Source of the DNA: a virus
Strand: one strand, 5' to 3'
Length of the DNA: 64,000 nucleotides
IMG/VR virus record: IMGVR_UViG_3300037805_000894
Positions 51,245-60,557 of this stretch are shown one piece after another. The notes beneath the pieces were generated by a model. The model was not told the DNA's origin, did not search any database, and saw only the letters and a list, made by a program, of their open reading frames with translations. Within the stretch, counting starts at the first letter, position 1, and each line of letters starts with the position of its first letter. Made by a program: the position numbers and the translations under genes.

Positions 51245-51633
51245 TGCCAGGACCGAAACACACGTGTAGGTTTATGTTCGATGATGGCGATAGGTGTGAT
51301 AAGCCAGTCTTCGGGCGACAGGACTACTGCGTGGAGCATTACAACGAAGTCATTCTCGGCGAGGATGTCCCAGAGGAGCAGGGTGCGCCTAGCTATGCCT
51401 TAGATTCCATCCCACCAACGGTAAATTCTTTAGAACAGGTTAGGGATGTAATGGGTATAATGATCCCTCAATTAATTTGGGGGAATGTGAATCCCAAGTT
51501 AATGACAGCTCTTACTAGCGCTTGTCTTGCGCAGGCTAAGATTATAGAACTTACAGATATTGAGAGTAAGCTCAAAGAGCTAGAAGCTTTAACGGATACC
51601 GATGTTAGGTATTCTCTTATTTTAGATGATTAA
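51244..51633 (+). CDS. Zinc-finger protein (possible terminase small subunit)
   Basis: C-x9-C-x10-C-x2-H followed by a helical domain; lies near terL. Confidence 0.35.
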   Translation: MPGPKHTCRFMFDDGDRCDKPVFGRQDYCVEHYNEVILGEDVPEEQGAPSYALDSIPPTVNSLEQVRDVMGIMIPQLIWGNVNPKLMTALTSACLAQAKIIELTDIESKLKELEALTDTDVRYSLILDD

Positions 51634-51867
51634 ATGGCTACATATGATAGGTACCATAAAAGGTTAGCTCGTCTACTTTCAAAAGTAAAAGAGAGTAGGG
51701 GCCTTATGGATCTTTCGTATGATAAAGATAAGTTAAAAAATCCTACTAAAAAAGAGAATATAGAATATATTTATGCTATGTTGAGTGAAAATAAAATTAA
51801 GGTACAATTAGAGAAACAAACTGAGGTTTTCTCTGACTTAGTGGACCTCAATATAGAAGTAGAATAA
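51634..51867 (+). CDS. Hypothetical protein
   Basis: Coupled 77-aa ORF. Confidence 0.5.
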   Translation: MATYDRYHKRLARLLSKVKESRGLMDLSYDKDKLKNPTKKENIEYIYAMLSENKIKVQLEKQTEVFSDLVDLNIEVE

Positions 51868-52070
51868 TGCGTCATATTACTAGATTATTTCCTAAAACAA
51901 AACAAGGCAAAGACGATCTCTTAAAAGGTCTCTTATTGCTAAGCGTGTTGACGGCTATCACGCTACCTAAGCTGAAGAAGAGTGAGTATGATGAGCTATT
52001 GGAAGAGCACCATCGTCGGTACAACAAGCGCCCCATTTATACAAAAAAATGGATACAAAACCTACTATAA
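51867..52070 (+). CDS. Small membrane protein
   Basis: Coupled ORF with a hydrophobic segment. Confidence 0.5.
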   Translation: MRHITRLFPKTKQGKDDLLKGLLLLSVLTAITLPKLKKSEYDELLEEHHRRYNKRPIYTKKWIQNLL

Positions 52071-52081
52071 AAAAGAGAAGT

Positions 52082-52200
52082 AGGAACTAGAGGGGTTTGC
52101 GCCCCCTTCTTTACGTAGTCTACTACATCTTAATTCATAAGTCTGCAGCTCTATGCATTTGATGCAACGTAACGCTTTGACACACATAAGCTATAGTCCC
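52082..52200 (-). tRNA. tRNA-Cys(GCA)-like RNA with a 45-nt insertion in the anticodon loop
   Basis: Acceptor GGGACTA/TAGTTCC, U73, D stem GCTT/AAGC, anticodon stem TTACG/CGTAA, TT-GCA, T stem GGGGG/CCCTC with atypical loop CGCAAAC. Promoter motif at 52238-52246. Confidence 0.55.
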
Positions 52201-52289
52201 ATCCTCTTTTTGTATCTAGATTCTCTCTAGATATAGTTTTATACCTTATTTGGTCTTTAGTTTTTAGTCTTTTTTGTTATACTATAAAG

Positions 52290-53159
52290 GTGAAAATCGC
52301 CTGTGTTACTAGTCCTCTAAATGATATGCACACGGCTAATATCATTGAAGGTTTTGTGGAGCTAGGTCATGAGGTGGATAGAAAACCAGTGCCCTCTAAG
52401 GTTTATAATTTACTGATTGAACATGCCAATAGAGGGGTAGACTCAAATTTAACTGCAGCTATTAGCCTTACAAATGATCTCTGCCCTATCTATATAAACG
52501 GAGAGGACTTTTTCGATAACCACCCCTATAACCAAGAATGGGGTTGTTTCAGGTACCCAGAAAAGTATAAGCTTTATTTTAGAAGAGAAGTGCTTCCTTG
52601 GAACAGGCGACTGTCACATGAGTTTCCTCTGCCTTTCGGTTTATATTCTAACTACTTAAAACACTATAATGAACAAAAAGAAGATTTATGTATTTTCCCC
52701 TCTGCGGGGGAGTATCCTAATAGACGAGAAATCATTCGTTACATAAAGGAATTCAATCTACCTATTAAAGTAGGCAGGGTTGGTAAATTTAGGCATTCAG
52801 TTACGGTGCAAGGTTCCGATGATTATTATAAGCATTTAAATAGAGCCAAAGTTATTATCTCGTCTATAGGGTGGGGGCAAGATACTGCTCGTTTCTGGGA
52901 AGCACTCTCTACAGGCGCTTGTGTTATATCTGAGCAATTAGATCTAGAGATGGCTCATCCTTTTACTCATATGGAGAACGTTATCTTCTTTACACACCCT
53001 TCAGAACTTGTAGATATTTTTAATAACTTAGATTCAATAGATATAGAAACTATAGGTAAAAAAGGGCGGGAGCATGCTCTTAAATATCACATGACCAGGA
53101 ACAGAGCTAAATTTGTTATAGACAAGGCTTTAGAGTACTCTTTAGTAAATGACATCTAA
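52290..53159 (+). CDS. GT-B fold glycosyltransferase (CgeB/Glyco_trans_1_2-like)
   Basis: YYKHLNRAK..GWGQDTARFWEALSTGACVIS...GREHALKYH..RAK. Confidence 0.8.
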   Translation: MKIACVTSPLNDMHTANIIEGFVELGHEVDRKPVPSKVYNLLIEHANRGVDSNLTAAISLTNDLCPIYINGEDFFDNHPYNQEWGCFRYPEKYKLYFRREVLPWNRRLSHEFPLPFGLYSNYLKHYNEQKEDLCIFPSAGEYPNRREIIRYIKEFNLPIKVGRVGKFRHSVTVQGSDDYYKHLNRAKVIISSIGWGQDTARFWEALSTGACVISEQLDLEMAHPFTHMENVIFFTHPSELVDIFNNLDSIDIETIGKKGREHALKYHMTRNRAKFVIDKALEYSLVNDI

Positions 53160-54699
53160 ACCTGTTGTCTCTATAAAACCAAGCGAACTCGTTGAGAGCT
53201 CCTTCTATATCGATATGGAGTTTCCATTTTCGTTTAAGGGTAGAGATTATCTTAAGCCTGTTTACGATAATCAAGATAATATTATGGTATTGTATTTTGG
53301 AAGGCAGTCTGAAAAATCTACTACTATAGCTAATAAGATTATTTTAAACAGTATTACAAAAAGAAGATTTAGGACTCTTTATGTAACACCAGCCGATGCA
53401 CAAACAAAAGAGTTTTCAATAGATAAGTTAGATCCGAAATTAAAATATTCACCATTAATACAAAACCACTTTTGGGGAAAAATTCCAGTAGTAGATAATG
53501 TGTATTCAAAAGAATTAAGAAATGGGTCTCGTATTGTGTTAAAATCGGCATATAAAAATGCTGACCGTATCCGAGGCATATCGGCAGATTATCTCTGTGT
53601 AGATGAAGTACAACATATTAATCCTGATTTTCTACCCGTCATGGAAGAGTGCATTTCTCACTCGCCTTTCAAGGGAAGATTATATGCAGGCACACCAGAT
53701 GTAGCTCAGGATGCTTTAGATCAGGTATGGAAGTTTTCTGATCAAACAGAGTTTATATTTAAATGTAAGAATGGGCATTGGGTCCGGCAAGATCATGACA
53801 TCGTAAATTTTGTAGAAGTAGATGGCATTCACTGTAAAACATGTGGAGTTATTCTAGACAGAAGCCAGGGTGAATGGGTAACTGCTCATGAGGGCGGTAA
53901 ATATAAAGGATATAGAACTAGCCAGTTAATGGTTCCTTGGTTAACCACAGAAGATATTCTAGATAAGCAAGAGCGTTATGCTCCCAAGCGTTTTTTGAAT
54001 GAGGTAATAGCTCTTCCTTATGAATCCATGGGTGCACCTGTCACAGAGAAACACATACGGAAATGTTGCGACGATAAGTTTCAAATGCTTAAAGGAGGCG
54101 TAATTCCACAGGGTGTGCAAGCTCCTATCTATGCAGGTATTGATTGGGGTACAGGCTTAAAATCCTACACAGTATTAACTTTTGTTGCTCACATAGGTGG
54201 CAAATGGACCATGTTGCGTTCAAAAAGATTCTCGGGAGTAGAAGCTGATGCCAATAGACAGATGGAGTTAATTCTAGAAGAGCTGCATCGTTTTAGACCT
54301 AAGGCTGTTTCTTGTGATTGGGGTTTTGGGCACTTACAGAATGCACAAATAAAGCTTAAATATACGCACGGAGAAGTGCGTACTGTATTTTCGTCTGTAG
54401 GAGCTGCTCCTATTATTCTAGATGCTACTGGGCGCTATGTTATCAATCGCTCAAATATGATGTCGAGAGTATTTAACATGATTTTAGAGGAGCGGATAAG
54501 GTTTCCGCGTTTCGAGGATTTCGGTACTTTTGCAAAAGATATCTTATCCATTAAAGCAGAAGATCCAGATGAAGCTGGCGTGCAAAAAACACAGTTAAAG
54601 TATGTCCATGTAGCTCCCGACGATTTTTTCCATTCATTAATGTATGGCTTGATCGCGGGGGAGATTGCTACAGGGAACTTAATTATAGATGCTATTTAG
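53149..54699 (+). CDS. terL: Terminase large subunit (GpA-like)
   Basis: GRQSEKST Walker A, RIRGISAD..DEVQ Walker B, GTP, Zn ribbon, GIDWG nuclease, PDDFFHS. Confidence 0.9.
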   Translation: MTSKPVVSIKPSELVESSFYIDMEFPFSFKGRDYLKPVYDNQDNIMVLYFGRQSEKSTTIANKIILNSITKRRFRTLYVTPADAQTKEFSIDKLDPKLKYSPLIQNHFWGKIPVVDNVYSKELRNGSRIVLKSAYKNADRIRGISADYLCVDEVQHINPDFLPVMEECISHSPFKGRLYAGTPDVAQDALDQVWKFSDQTEFIFKCKNGHWVRQDHDIVNFVEVDGIHCKTCGVILDRSQGEWVTAHEGGKYKGYRTSQLMVPWLTTEDILDKQERYAPKRFLNEVIALPYESMGAPVTEKHIRKCCDDKFQMLKGGVIPQGVQAPIYAGIDWGTGLKSYTVLTFVAHIGGKWTMLRSKRFSGVEADANRQMELILEELHRFRPKAVSCDWGFGHLQNAQIKLKYTHGEVRTVFSSVGAAPIILDATGRYVINRSNMMSRVFNMILEERIRFPRFEDFGTFAKDILSIKAEDPDEAGVQKTQLKYVHVAPDDFFHSLMYGLIAGEIATGNLIIDAI

Positions 54700-54961
54700 G
54701 TTTCTTAGCCGGTTTATTGACTAATAACGTAGTGATATTATCAGGTTTTTTCTTTACACGTCTTTTCTTTTTAGCTTTCTTGCAAGGCGTTTTTTCAACC
54801 TCCTCTTCAATACTAGCTTCAAAAGTTACCCCTTTGTTGCGGCAAACGAGGCATATAAATACACCATTAAAGTGTCCTTCTGTTTTTGTATAAGCGGTAA
54901 ATGTACCAAATTCTTGGCAGTGGGAGCAGCGTACAGCGCATACGACTCTAGATTTATTCAT
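54692..54961 (-). CDS. Small zinc-ribbon protein
   Basis: CSHC..CLVC with a basic tail. Confidence 0.5.
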   Translation of the reverse strand: MNKSRVVCAVRCSHCQEFGTFTAYTKTEGHFNGVFICLVCRNKGVTFEASIEEEVEKTPCKKAKKKRRVKKKPDNITTLLVNKPAKKPK

Positions 54962-55346
54962 TTTTAATCCTTTCTATGTTTTTCCACACAAGACCCCATT
55001 GAAAAGATATCTCTCTGAGATCTTTCATGGCGAGTTTTTCTAATTTTTTTAAAGATATTTCTAAAGCTTTTGTTGGCTTATGTTTCATTGAACGTCTCAT
55101 TTTATTATCTTCTCTATCACAGGTTTTACACCAACAACCGAGACCTCCTTCCCTTCTATTATCCTTTCGCATAGCGGATTCAGGTACTAAGTCTCCACAA
55201 CGTGTACATTGTTTACTAATCTCAAATAAAGCTATATATTTTAAACGTTCAGCGGCTTGTAGACCGTGATCCTCCAAACCTCCTGCGTATGTTTCTAGCA
55301 TCTCTTTAAGCAGCTCGTTCTCTTCATACAATGTAAGTTCTTTCAT
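54954..55346 (-). CDS. Zinc-finger protein
   Basis: KQCTRC...WCKTC; TATACT 6 nt before ATG. Confidence 0.6.
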   Translation of the reverse strand: MKELTLYEENELLKEMLETYAGGLEDHGLQAAERLKYIALFEISKQCTRCGDLVPESAMRKDNRREGGLGCWCKTCDREDNKMRRSMKHKPTKALEISLKKLEKLAMKDLREISFQWGLVWKNIERIKNE

Positions 55347-55413
55347 GTTTTCAGTATAACAGGTTATTTATGTAAAAGAAAGAGCTTACCGCTGTATAGC
55401 AGTAAGCTCATTT

Positions 55414-55487
55414 TGGAGCGTCTAGGGGGAATTGAACCCCCGTGACCAGCTTGGAAGGCTGGAGCTTTACCTCTAAGCTATAGACGC
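55414..55487 (-). tRNA. tRNA-Gly(TCC)
   Basis: Complete cloverleaf GCGTCTA..CCAGC-CTTCCAA-GCTGG..GGTTCAATTCC..TCCA. Confidence 0.95.
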
Positions 55488-55805
55488 GAAAAGCTCTTTA
55501 CGTGCAAAGAACTTTTTAAGAGCCCTTAAAGGTATACCGGCTGCTTCTACTAGCTCATCAGTACTAGGACCTCTCCCTAATGCCTCCGTAAGCTTATCTT
55601 GAATAGGACCCAAATAAGTAAGATCTCTCTTACAGCCCTTTCTTACTATATTTTGTACAGAATATGTTTTTTTATCTTTACCTTTCCAGGAGTTTGTTTT
55701 AACCCTGAAAAGAAGCTCCGGGTATTTTTCTTGTAGTAATGTTGTGAGCTTTTCAGCATCACGCAAACTTTTTACAGTTTTCCAGTTTTTGAATTTAGTT
55801 TTCAT
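55473..55805 (-). CDS. Hypothetical protein with C-terminal sigma-region-3-like helix-turn-helix
   Basis: LTEALGRGPSTDELVEAAGI resembles sigma region 3 (LGRxPxxxE). The stop codon overlaps the tRNA-Gly 5' end. Confidence 0.45.
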   Translation of the reverse strand: MKTKFKNWKTVKSLRDAEKLTTLLQEKYPELLFRVKTNSWKGKDKKTYSVQNIVRKGCKRDLTYLGPIQDKLTEALGRGPSTDELVEAAGIPLRALKKFFARKELFASIA

Positions 55806-55891
55806 TAAGAGTTGGTGAGATTAGGGCTCCCACCAGGCCCGTCCTAAGTCACTGTTTTTCGCAAGAGCTAAGGTACAATGACAACCTTGTT

Positions 55892-56605
55892 TTAGAGATG
55901 CTTTAGTTTTTTCCTGCCTGCTTTACGATACTCAAGCCACAGTTCCAGACCTTTTATTAGTCTAGCTCGACACTCGAAACATAGCAAATAAGCCTCGTTT
56001 AATGACGCTTGTGTTTTAGGGTTAGCCCAAGAGCGTGTTTTAATTTTATTGATACGTTCACCTTTAGGCACATGGGAAGGTTGATAGAAGCTAAGTAAAT
56101 CTTTTGAGGCACAGCACTCACACCTACATCCTTTTTGATTCCTAGCCCGTAGCATAAAAAGAACTGCTCTGTCTTTACTTCTATCAGAGTGGCATTTTTT
56201 ACATCCCGCTGCAGGGGTAGTTCTATCCGAGCGAACATAGAACTCGGTGACAACCTTTAGACGTTTACATATATAGCATTTCCTATGCTGAACACCTTTC
56301 ATAACAGGGTTTTTTCTTTTCTGATCTGGCATACAGGCATAACAGTTCTTACGATTCATAGGCCAATAATATTCTGTTCCTTCTTTATCTTTCCTTAGTC
56401 TCTTGCCACGCTCTAGTTCAAAAACGTGTCCACATTTTTTACATGTTTTAATTACCTGTTTCCTGTGGACTCTTTTTTGTTTAGGGGAACATTTAAAACA
56501 ACGCGTTCTGTTATCAGAGACTCGTAGATAAATTTTACCTTCAGGGCTTTTAACCTCGGTTAGATTATGAAATAGTTTAGCGCATTTTGTGCAAGTTTGA
56601 ATCAT
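55892..56605 (-). CDS. Multi-zinc-finger protein with degenerate HNH-like C-terminus
   Basis: Eight CxxC pairs. Confidence 0.6.
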   Translation of the reverse strand: MIQTCTKCAKLFHNLTEVKSPEGKIYLRVSDNRTRCFKCSPKQKRVHRKQVIKTCKKCGHVFELERGKRLRKDKEGTEYYWPMNRKNCYACMPDQKRKNPVMKGVQHRKCYICKRLKVVTEFYVRSDRTTPAAGCKKCHSDRSKDRAVLFMLRARNQKGCRCECCASKDLLSFYQPSHVPKGERINKIKTRSWANPKTQASLNEAYLLCFECRARLIKGLELWLEYRKAGRKKLKHL

Positions 56606-56681
56606 GGGATTAAGTGAGGCTTAGGCTGCAGAAACGAAGTGAGTAGGAGGTCTTAAAACTTTTGTCGTCGCATTCCGATAC

Positions 56682-57455
56682 TTATATCTCTATTACCAGT
56701 TCTGGGTTGAACCCTTTATTATTTTCATGTGGATAGCCTCGAGGATTCATTACAACCCTACACCCATGTAATTCTGTATCTACAGTATGATGGGAGTGAC
56801 CACATATCCATAACTTAGCTTTAGACATAATTTCATCACAGTCAGAAGCAAAGGAACCATTTAAAGGGGAGTCTTTATATGCATCTGCCACCAAGTGTCT
56901 AGAAGGCATATGATGAGTAACAATAATATCTTTATAGCTTGCATCTGCTCTTTCTACAGTCCATTTAAGGTAGGTTTTACATACGTCATGAACCTCAATA
57001 CATTTATCTATTGTAAAAGACGCTTCATCAAATTTTATATTTCCAGTAAAATCATTCAAACAGAATTTAGCGGTAGTTACTTGCAGAGGATCTTTATTAT
57101 AGAAATCGGTCCATAAGGTAGAACCAGTTATGCGGCATAGCTCCTTACTTTCCGAATCGGTTATGAGATCACTAGAGTTATGTAAAATACGGATGTTATT
57201 CTTAGAAACATTATACTTACGCACACTTTCAAATAAATCACTTAATGTGTAAAGTAAATCCCCACCATAATACTCATGATTACCCATAATATAAAAGACT
57301 TTTTTATACCTAGGTGCAGCTTCAAATAGCATATCTAAGGCGCCAGTACCTACCCCACAGTCTCCTGCTAGTATTAAGTAATCAGCATCTACTATAGGGA
57401 TCACGAAGGGCGAAAACTCTACATGAAGATCAGAAAGTATGTGTAATTTAATCAT
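56682..57455 (-). CDS. Metallophosphoesterase
   Basis: SDLH, AGD, GNHEYY, TLWTD, VTHH, GHSH, NPRGY. Confidence 0.9.
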   Translation of the reverse strand: MIKLHILSDLHVEFSPFVIPIVDADYLILAGDCGVGTGALDMLFEAAPRYKKVFYIMGNHEYYGGDLLYTLSDLFESVRKYNVSKNNIRILHNSSDLITDSESKELCRITGSTLWTDFYNKDPLQVTTAKFCLNDFTGNIKFDEASFTIDKCIEVHDVCKTYLKWTVERADASYKDIIVTHHMPSRHLVADAYKDSPLNGSFASDCDEIMSKAKLWICGHSHHTVDTELHGCRVVMNPRGYPHENNKGFNPELVIEI

Positions 57456-57473
57456 TTAAAAACTCCTCCAAGA

Positions 57474-57743
57474 TTAGGCGTAGTCAAAGTCATCAGGGGT
57501 AAGGGTGGGGTGGTCAAAGGCCTGCATCATCCGGATTAGATCCCCTTCAAGATCGTCTCTATCAAAAGCGTTAAATGTCCCTGCGTCAGTGCCCTTAGTG
57601 GTATGCGAACAAGGCTGTCCATCTTTATCAAAGAGTACCATTTCGATACTCCAGATATCCGGAGCGTGGTTAAAAACACGATAAGACCAATAAGAAGATT
57701 CATTGGTCTTATCTGTATGGTTTCGGGTATCAGAACTAGTCAT
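57474..57743 (-). CDS. Hypothetical phage protein
   Basis: WSYRV..M..AFDHPTL; coupled. Confidence 0.6.
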   Translation of the reverse strand: MTSSDTRNHTDKTNESSYWSYRVFNHAPDIWSIEMVLFDKDGQPCSHTTKGTDAGTFNAFDRDDLEGDLIRMMQAFDHPTLTPDDFDYA

Positions 57744-58117
57744 TTTTCGTATGACCCTTTTCCAGGGATCACGTTTCTTACTCCCCCCGTAGGCTCTTCA
57801 GTATCTCCAAAAGAACGAGGGATTATGTGTATGTGAAAATGAGGCACAGTTTTACCTGCCGCTTCACCTTCGTTAAAGCCTATATTGAATCCGTCAGCAT
57901 CGGCTTGCTGTAAGGTAGCCATTTCTATCACATAACCAAGTTGATGGAGCTCATCCTGATCGAGTGCATAGAAAGATTCTATGTGTCTATCTGACACTAC
58001 CAGCTTATGTCCGGGTGTAACTGGATATGCATCTTCTAAGATATAGAAATCACGCACTTTAAGTACGTAGTCTTTATTTTTTATTTTCTCACAAAAGGGG
58101 CAATTTTCTTTACGCAT
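57740..58117 (-). CDS. HIT-family hydrolase
   Basis: CPFC, YPVTPGH, GEAAG.TVPHFHIHIIPR. Confidence 0.95.
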   Translation of the reverse strand: MRKENCPFCEKIKNKDYVLKVRDFYILEDAYPVTPGHKLVVSDRHIESFYALDQDELHQLGYVIEMATLQQADADGFNIGFNEGEAAGKTVPHFHIHIIPRSFGDTEEPTGGVRNVIPGKGSYEK

Positions 58118-58130
58118 GTTTAAAAAGGCT

Positions 58131-58206
58131 TGGTAGGGCTGATGGGATTCGAACCCATACTGGACGGATTTTAAGTCCGATGTCTCTGCCGTTGGACTAC
58201 AACCCC
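58131..58206 (-). tRNA. tRNA-Leu(TAA), short variable loop
   Basis: Cloverleaf with a CT-TAA-AA loop, GGTTCGAATCC, ACCA end. Confidence 0.9.
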
Positions 58207-58213
58207 GTGTTTA

Positions 58214-58290
58214 TGGCACACCCATCAGGATTCGAACCTGAACTCATCCGATTAGAAGTCGGAGGCATTATCCAGTTATGCTATGGGTGC
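58214..58290 (-). tRNA. tRNA-Arg(TCT)
   Basis: Cloverleaf TCCGA-CTTCTAA-TCGGA, GCCA end. Confidence 0.95.
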
Positions 58291-58363
58291 ATGAACTAAA
58301 AGCATACATAAAACCAAATGGTTTTTCAATTAGTTCTTAGTACTATTTATTCCTAGAAATTGT

Positions 58364-58594
58364 CTATTCTTCAGTCCTGTATGTATCTAAATACATGAGA
58401 CTTCGACGCAATCTATCCCTGAAGACTTTAGGACCGCCCGGCGTATCCGAGCGTACGAACATTAAATGCTCATTGGGTGTTTCAGCCCATGTGAGCTCAG
58501 TGAATAGCTGTTTAGCTTCGTCTACTATGTCCAGTAAGTAGAGGTATTCCAGAAGAGGAATCTCCATGAGTTCACGTTCAGGGGAATCGTCCAT
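58364..58594 (-). CDS. Hypothetical protein
   Basis: 76-aa ORF in a gene run. Confidence 0.5.
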   Translation of the reverse strand: MDDSPERELMEIPLLEYLYLLDIVDEAKQLFTELTWAETPNEHLMFVRSDTPGGPKVFRDRLRRSLMYLDTYRTEE

Positions 58595-58595
58595 T

Positions 58596-58823
58596 TTATT
58601 TTATTCTTTTTATAAGTTCACTTGCTAACTGGGCTCGTCTAGCGAGCTCACTAGCAGCGGCATTACCTATCTCCATACCAAGCTGATCAACATTGCTGCT
58701 TAAACCTATAACAGTTAATTTATATAAAAATTCAGCGTCTGCCATTTTGATAGTATCTTGAGTCTCAATAAAGGAAGTATCATTATTCTGCAATAACTGT
58801 TCCATTGTTATAGTTTCTTCCAT
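58596..58823 (-). CDS. Hypothetical protein
   Basis: 75 aa with GAGG SD. Confidence 0.5.
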   Translation of the reverse strand: MEETITMEQLLQNNDTSFIETQDTIKMADAEFLYKLTVIGLSSNVDQLGMEIGNAAASELARRAQLASELIKRIK

Positions 58824-58999
58824 AATTTCACCTCACTAATTTTAATATCATAGAGTATCCTCTCATTCTGGGGTAATCTGTTTAAATAGTCTAGTTTATA
58901 TTTGACAGCATCTTCTTTTAAGGCTAAACCACACAAAACTTTATTTTCACCTGATTTTTTATTTACTAGGGTTAATACATTTAAGGGTTCTGGTTGCAT
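58808..58999 (-). CDS. Hypothetical protein
   Basis: 63-aa overlapping ORF in a gene run. Confidence 0.45.
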   Translation of the reverse strand: MQPEPLNVLTLVNKKSGENKVLCGLALKEDAVKYKLDYLNRLPQNERILYDIKISEVKLWKKL

Positions 59000-59409
59000 T
59001 GTTCAGTTATTATATTTGCTTTTTCCAGCAGACACAAGCCTCTATCTTCTCTATATTTTTCTGCATATACTACTCGAATTATACCACTCTGTATTATTAG
59101 CTTAGCGCATTCAAAACACGGGGATAAGGTTACATATAAAGTAGCGCCTTCAGATGAAAGTGTGGCTTTAGCTAGTTTAAGGATAGCATTAGATTCAGCA
59201 TGTAAGACTTCTGGCTTCGTTACAAGTTCTTTCTCTAGGACAAACTCACATTGGTTGTTAAACCCGGCAGGAGTGCCATTAAAACCATCACTGATAATAG
59301 CACCGTCCTTAACAATTAAAGCACCTACTTTTTTTCTCTCGGCTCTAGATAATTTACTCCATCTAATAGCCATATCCATATAAGCATGATCAAGTGTCGT
59401 TTGCTGCAT
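58981..59409 (-). CDS. dCMP deaminase (ComEB-like)
   Basis: KVGA, GFNGTP, HAESNAI, SPCFECAK. Confidence 0.95.
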   Translation of the reverse strand: MQQTTLDHAYMDMAIRWSKLSRAERKKVGALIVKDGAIISDGFNGTPAGFNNQCEFVLEKELVTKPEVLHAESNAILKLAKATLSSEGATLYVTLSPCFECAKLIIQSGIIRVVYAEKYREDRGLCLLEKANIITEQCNQNP

Positions 59410-59575
59410 TTTCGTTCATTAGTTTCATAAAAGCTCTTAACCGCTCCTTATTTTTTTTCCAATCTACTTCGTCTTTAAAATTATCAAAAGCTGTATTCAT
59501 TTTTTCTTTTTCCCACACCATAAGCATTTCATTTAAAAGGGCTAGGAATTTTTCAGTTTCGTCTATCGGTATCAT
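59390..59575 (-). CDS. Hypothetical protein
   Basis: 61-aa ORF. Confidence 0.45.
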   Translation of the reverse strand: MIPIDETEKFLALLNEMLMVWEKEKMNTAFDNFKDEVDWKKNKERLRAFMKLMNENAANDT

Positions 59576-59783
59576 TTGGTAGTGTGTCTTCAGGGCCTTT
59601 GTACTTACGTTTAGCTATTACAGGAACAACGCAGTTGCAAGAAACTGTATTTAAAGGCTTCTCCGTTGTATGTACACTGGAACAACTGATGATGAGGTAC
59701 AACAATATATAGCTTATTACAGTTATTGCTATTAAAAGGAGAAAGTTTTTTATTTTAGTTTTGTTCATGATAAAAAGAAACAC
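59553..59783 (-). CDS. Small secreted or lipoprotein-like protein
   Basis: N-terminal hydrophobic segment ending IISC. Confidence 0.45.
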   Translation of the reverse strand: MFLFIMNKTKIKNFLLLIAITVISYILLYLIISCSSVHTTEKPLNTVSCNCVVPVIAKRKYKGPEDTLPNDTDRRN

Positions 59784-59830
59784 AGGACCTAGAGAATACT
59801 AAGTCCTGTGTCCTTAAGGGGATTACACTT

Positions 59831-60184
59831 TTATTCCGTTTTTTCTTCGGAAGTTTCCCCAGCAATGACTTCTGGCAAGTCTAGCTCATTTTCTGACTCC
59901 TCCATAAGTTCAAAAACACATCCTTCAGGCAAAGCTTGCGGAGGAAGGAACTTTATATCTGTAATAGATAGTTTTTCTTTTTCTGCATTTTCTGGACTTG
60001 CTATAGGTTTTCCCGTAAAAGAACCTATAGTGCCGTTAGAGAAGTAAATAAGAACCGTTTGGAATTTTTCAGGTTCAGGGAGTTTTAGTTCTGGTGGTGA
60101 ACTTTCTTGCGTAGGCTTCATCATGGTGTTCTTTACAACGGGTTTTATCATTATTTCGCGAACCTTCACTGCCACATATCTCAC
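59831..60184 (-). CDS. Hypothetical protein (true start probably more internal)
   Basis: ORF overlapping the upstream gene; acidic C-terminus. Confidence 0.45.
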   Translation of the reverse strand: MRYVAVKVREIMIKPVVKNTMMKPTQESSPPELKLPEPEKFQTVLIYFSNGTIGSFTGKPIASPENAEKEKLSITDIKFLPPQALPEGCVFELMEESENELDLPEVIAGETSEEKTE

Positions 60185-60491
60185 AGGTATGCAAGGAAGT
60201 AGTTACTAATTCACTAAGTAGTTTTTCTATATGCTCATTAATTAGAGACATATAGATACGTAAGCAGCCATGTTTACTTATGACATGCATCGCATAGTTA
60301 TTGCGTCTTTCTTTTTTTGGCATTTTCTTAAGCAGGCGCTCAGTCTTAATAGATGCTTCTTTGAGAAGTGCAAACCAACCATCTCCACATTCGAAACCTC
60401 TATACATGAGGGATCGAGTAGGAGGTAGGTGAACACCTCGATACAGGATAGGGTTAGCTTCTATAATCTCTCTTTCTAAATGTTTCTTCAT
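60075..60491 (-). CDS. Conserved phage hypothetical protein
   Basis: GFECGDGWF..KHGCLRIY..TCEICG pattern common in large phages. Confidence 0.65.
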   Translation of the reverse strand: MKKHLEREIIEANPILYRGVHLPPTRSLMYRGFECGDGWFALLKEASIKTERLLKKMPKKERRNNYAMHVISKHGCLRIYMSLINEHIEKLLSELVTTSLHTCEICGSEGSRNNDKTRCKEHHDEAYARKFTTRTKTP

Positions 60492-60557
60492 TTTCCTATA
60501 AGGGTTACAAGAGAAGGGTTAGTAAGAAAGGATTATAGAATAGCGTTAACTCAAAAG

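Noticed and set aside
55813-55882. Pistol or HDV-like (theta) ribozyme
   Set aside because: The TTAGGG/CCTAA pairing is reminiscent, but the conserved linker, catalytic residues and helix order could not be matched.
57303-57311. Promoter-motif match TTTATACCT inside the phosphoesterase gene
   Set aside because: Lies within coding sequence with no adjacent start; probably a chance match.
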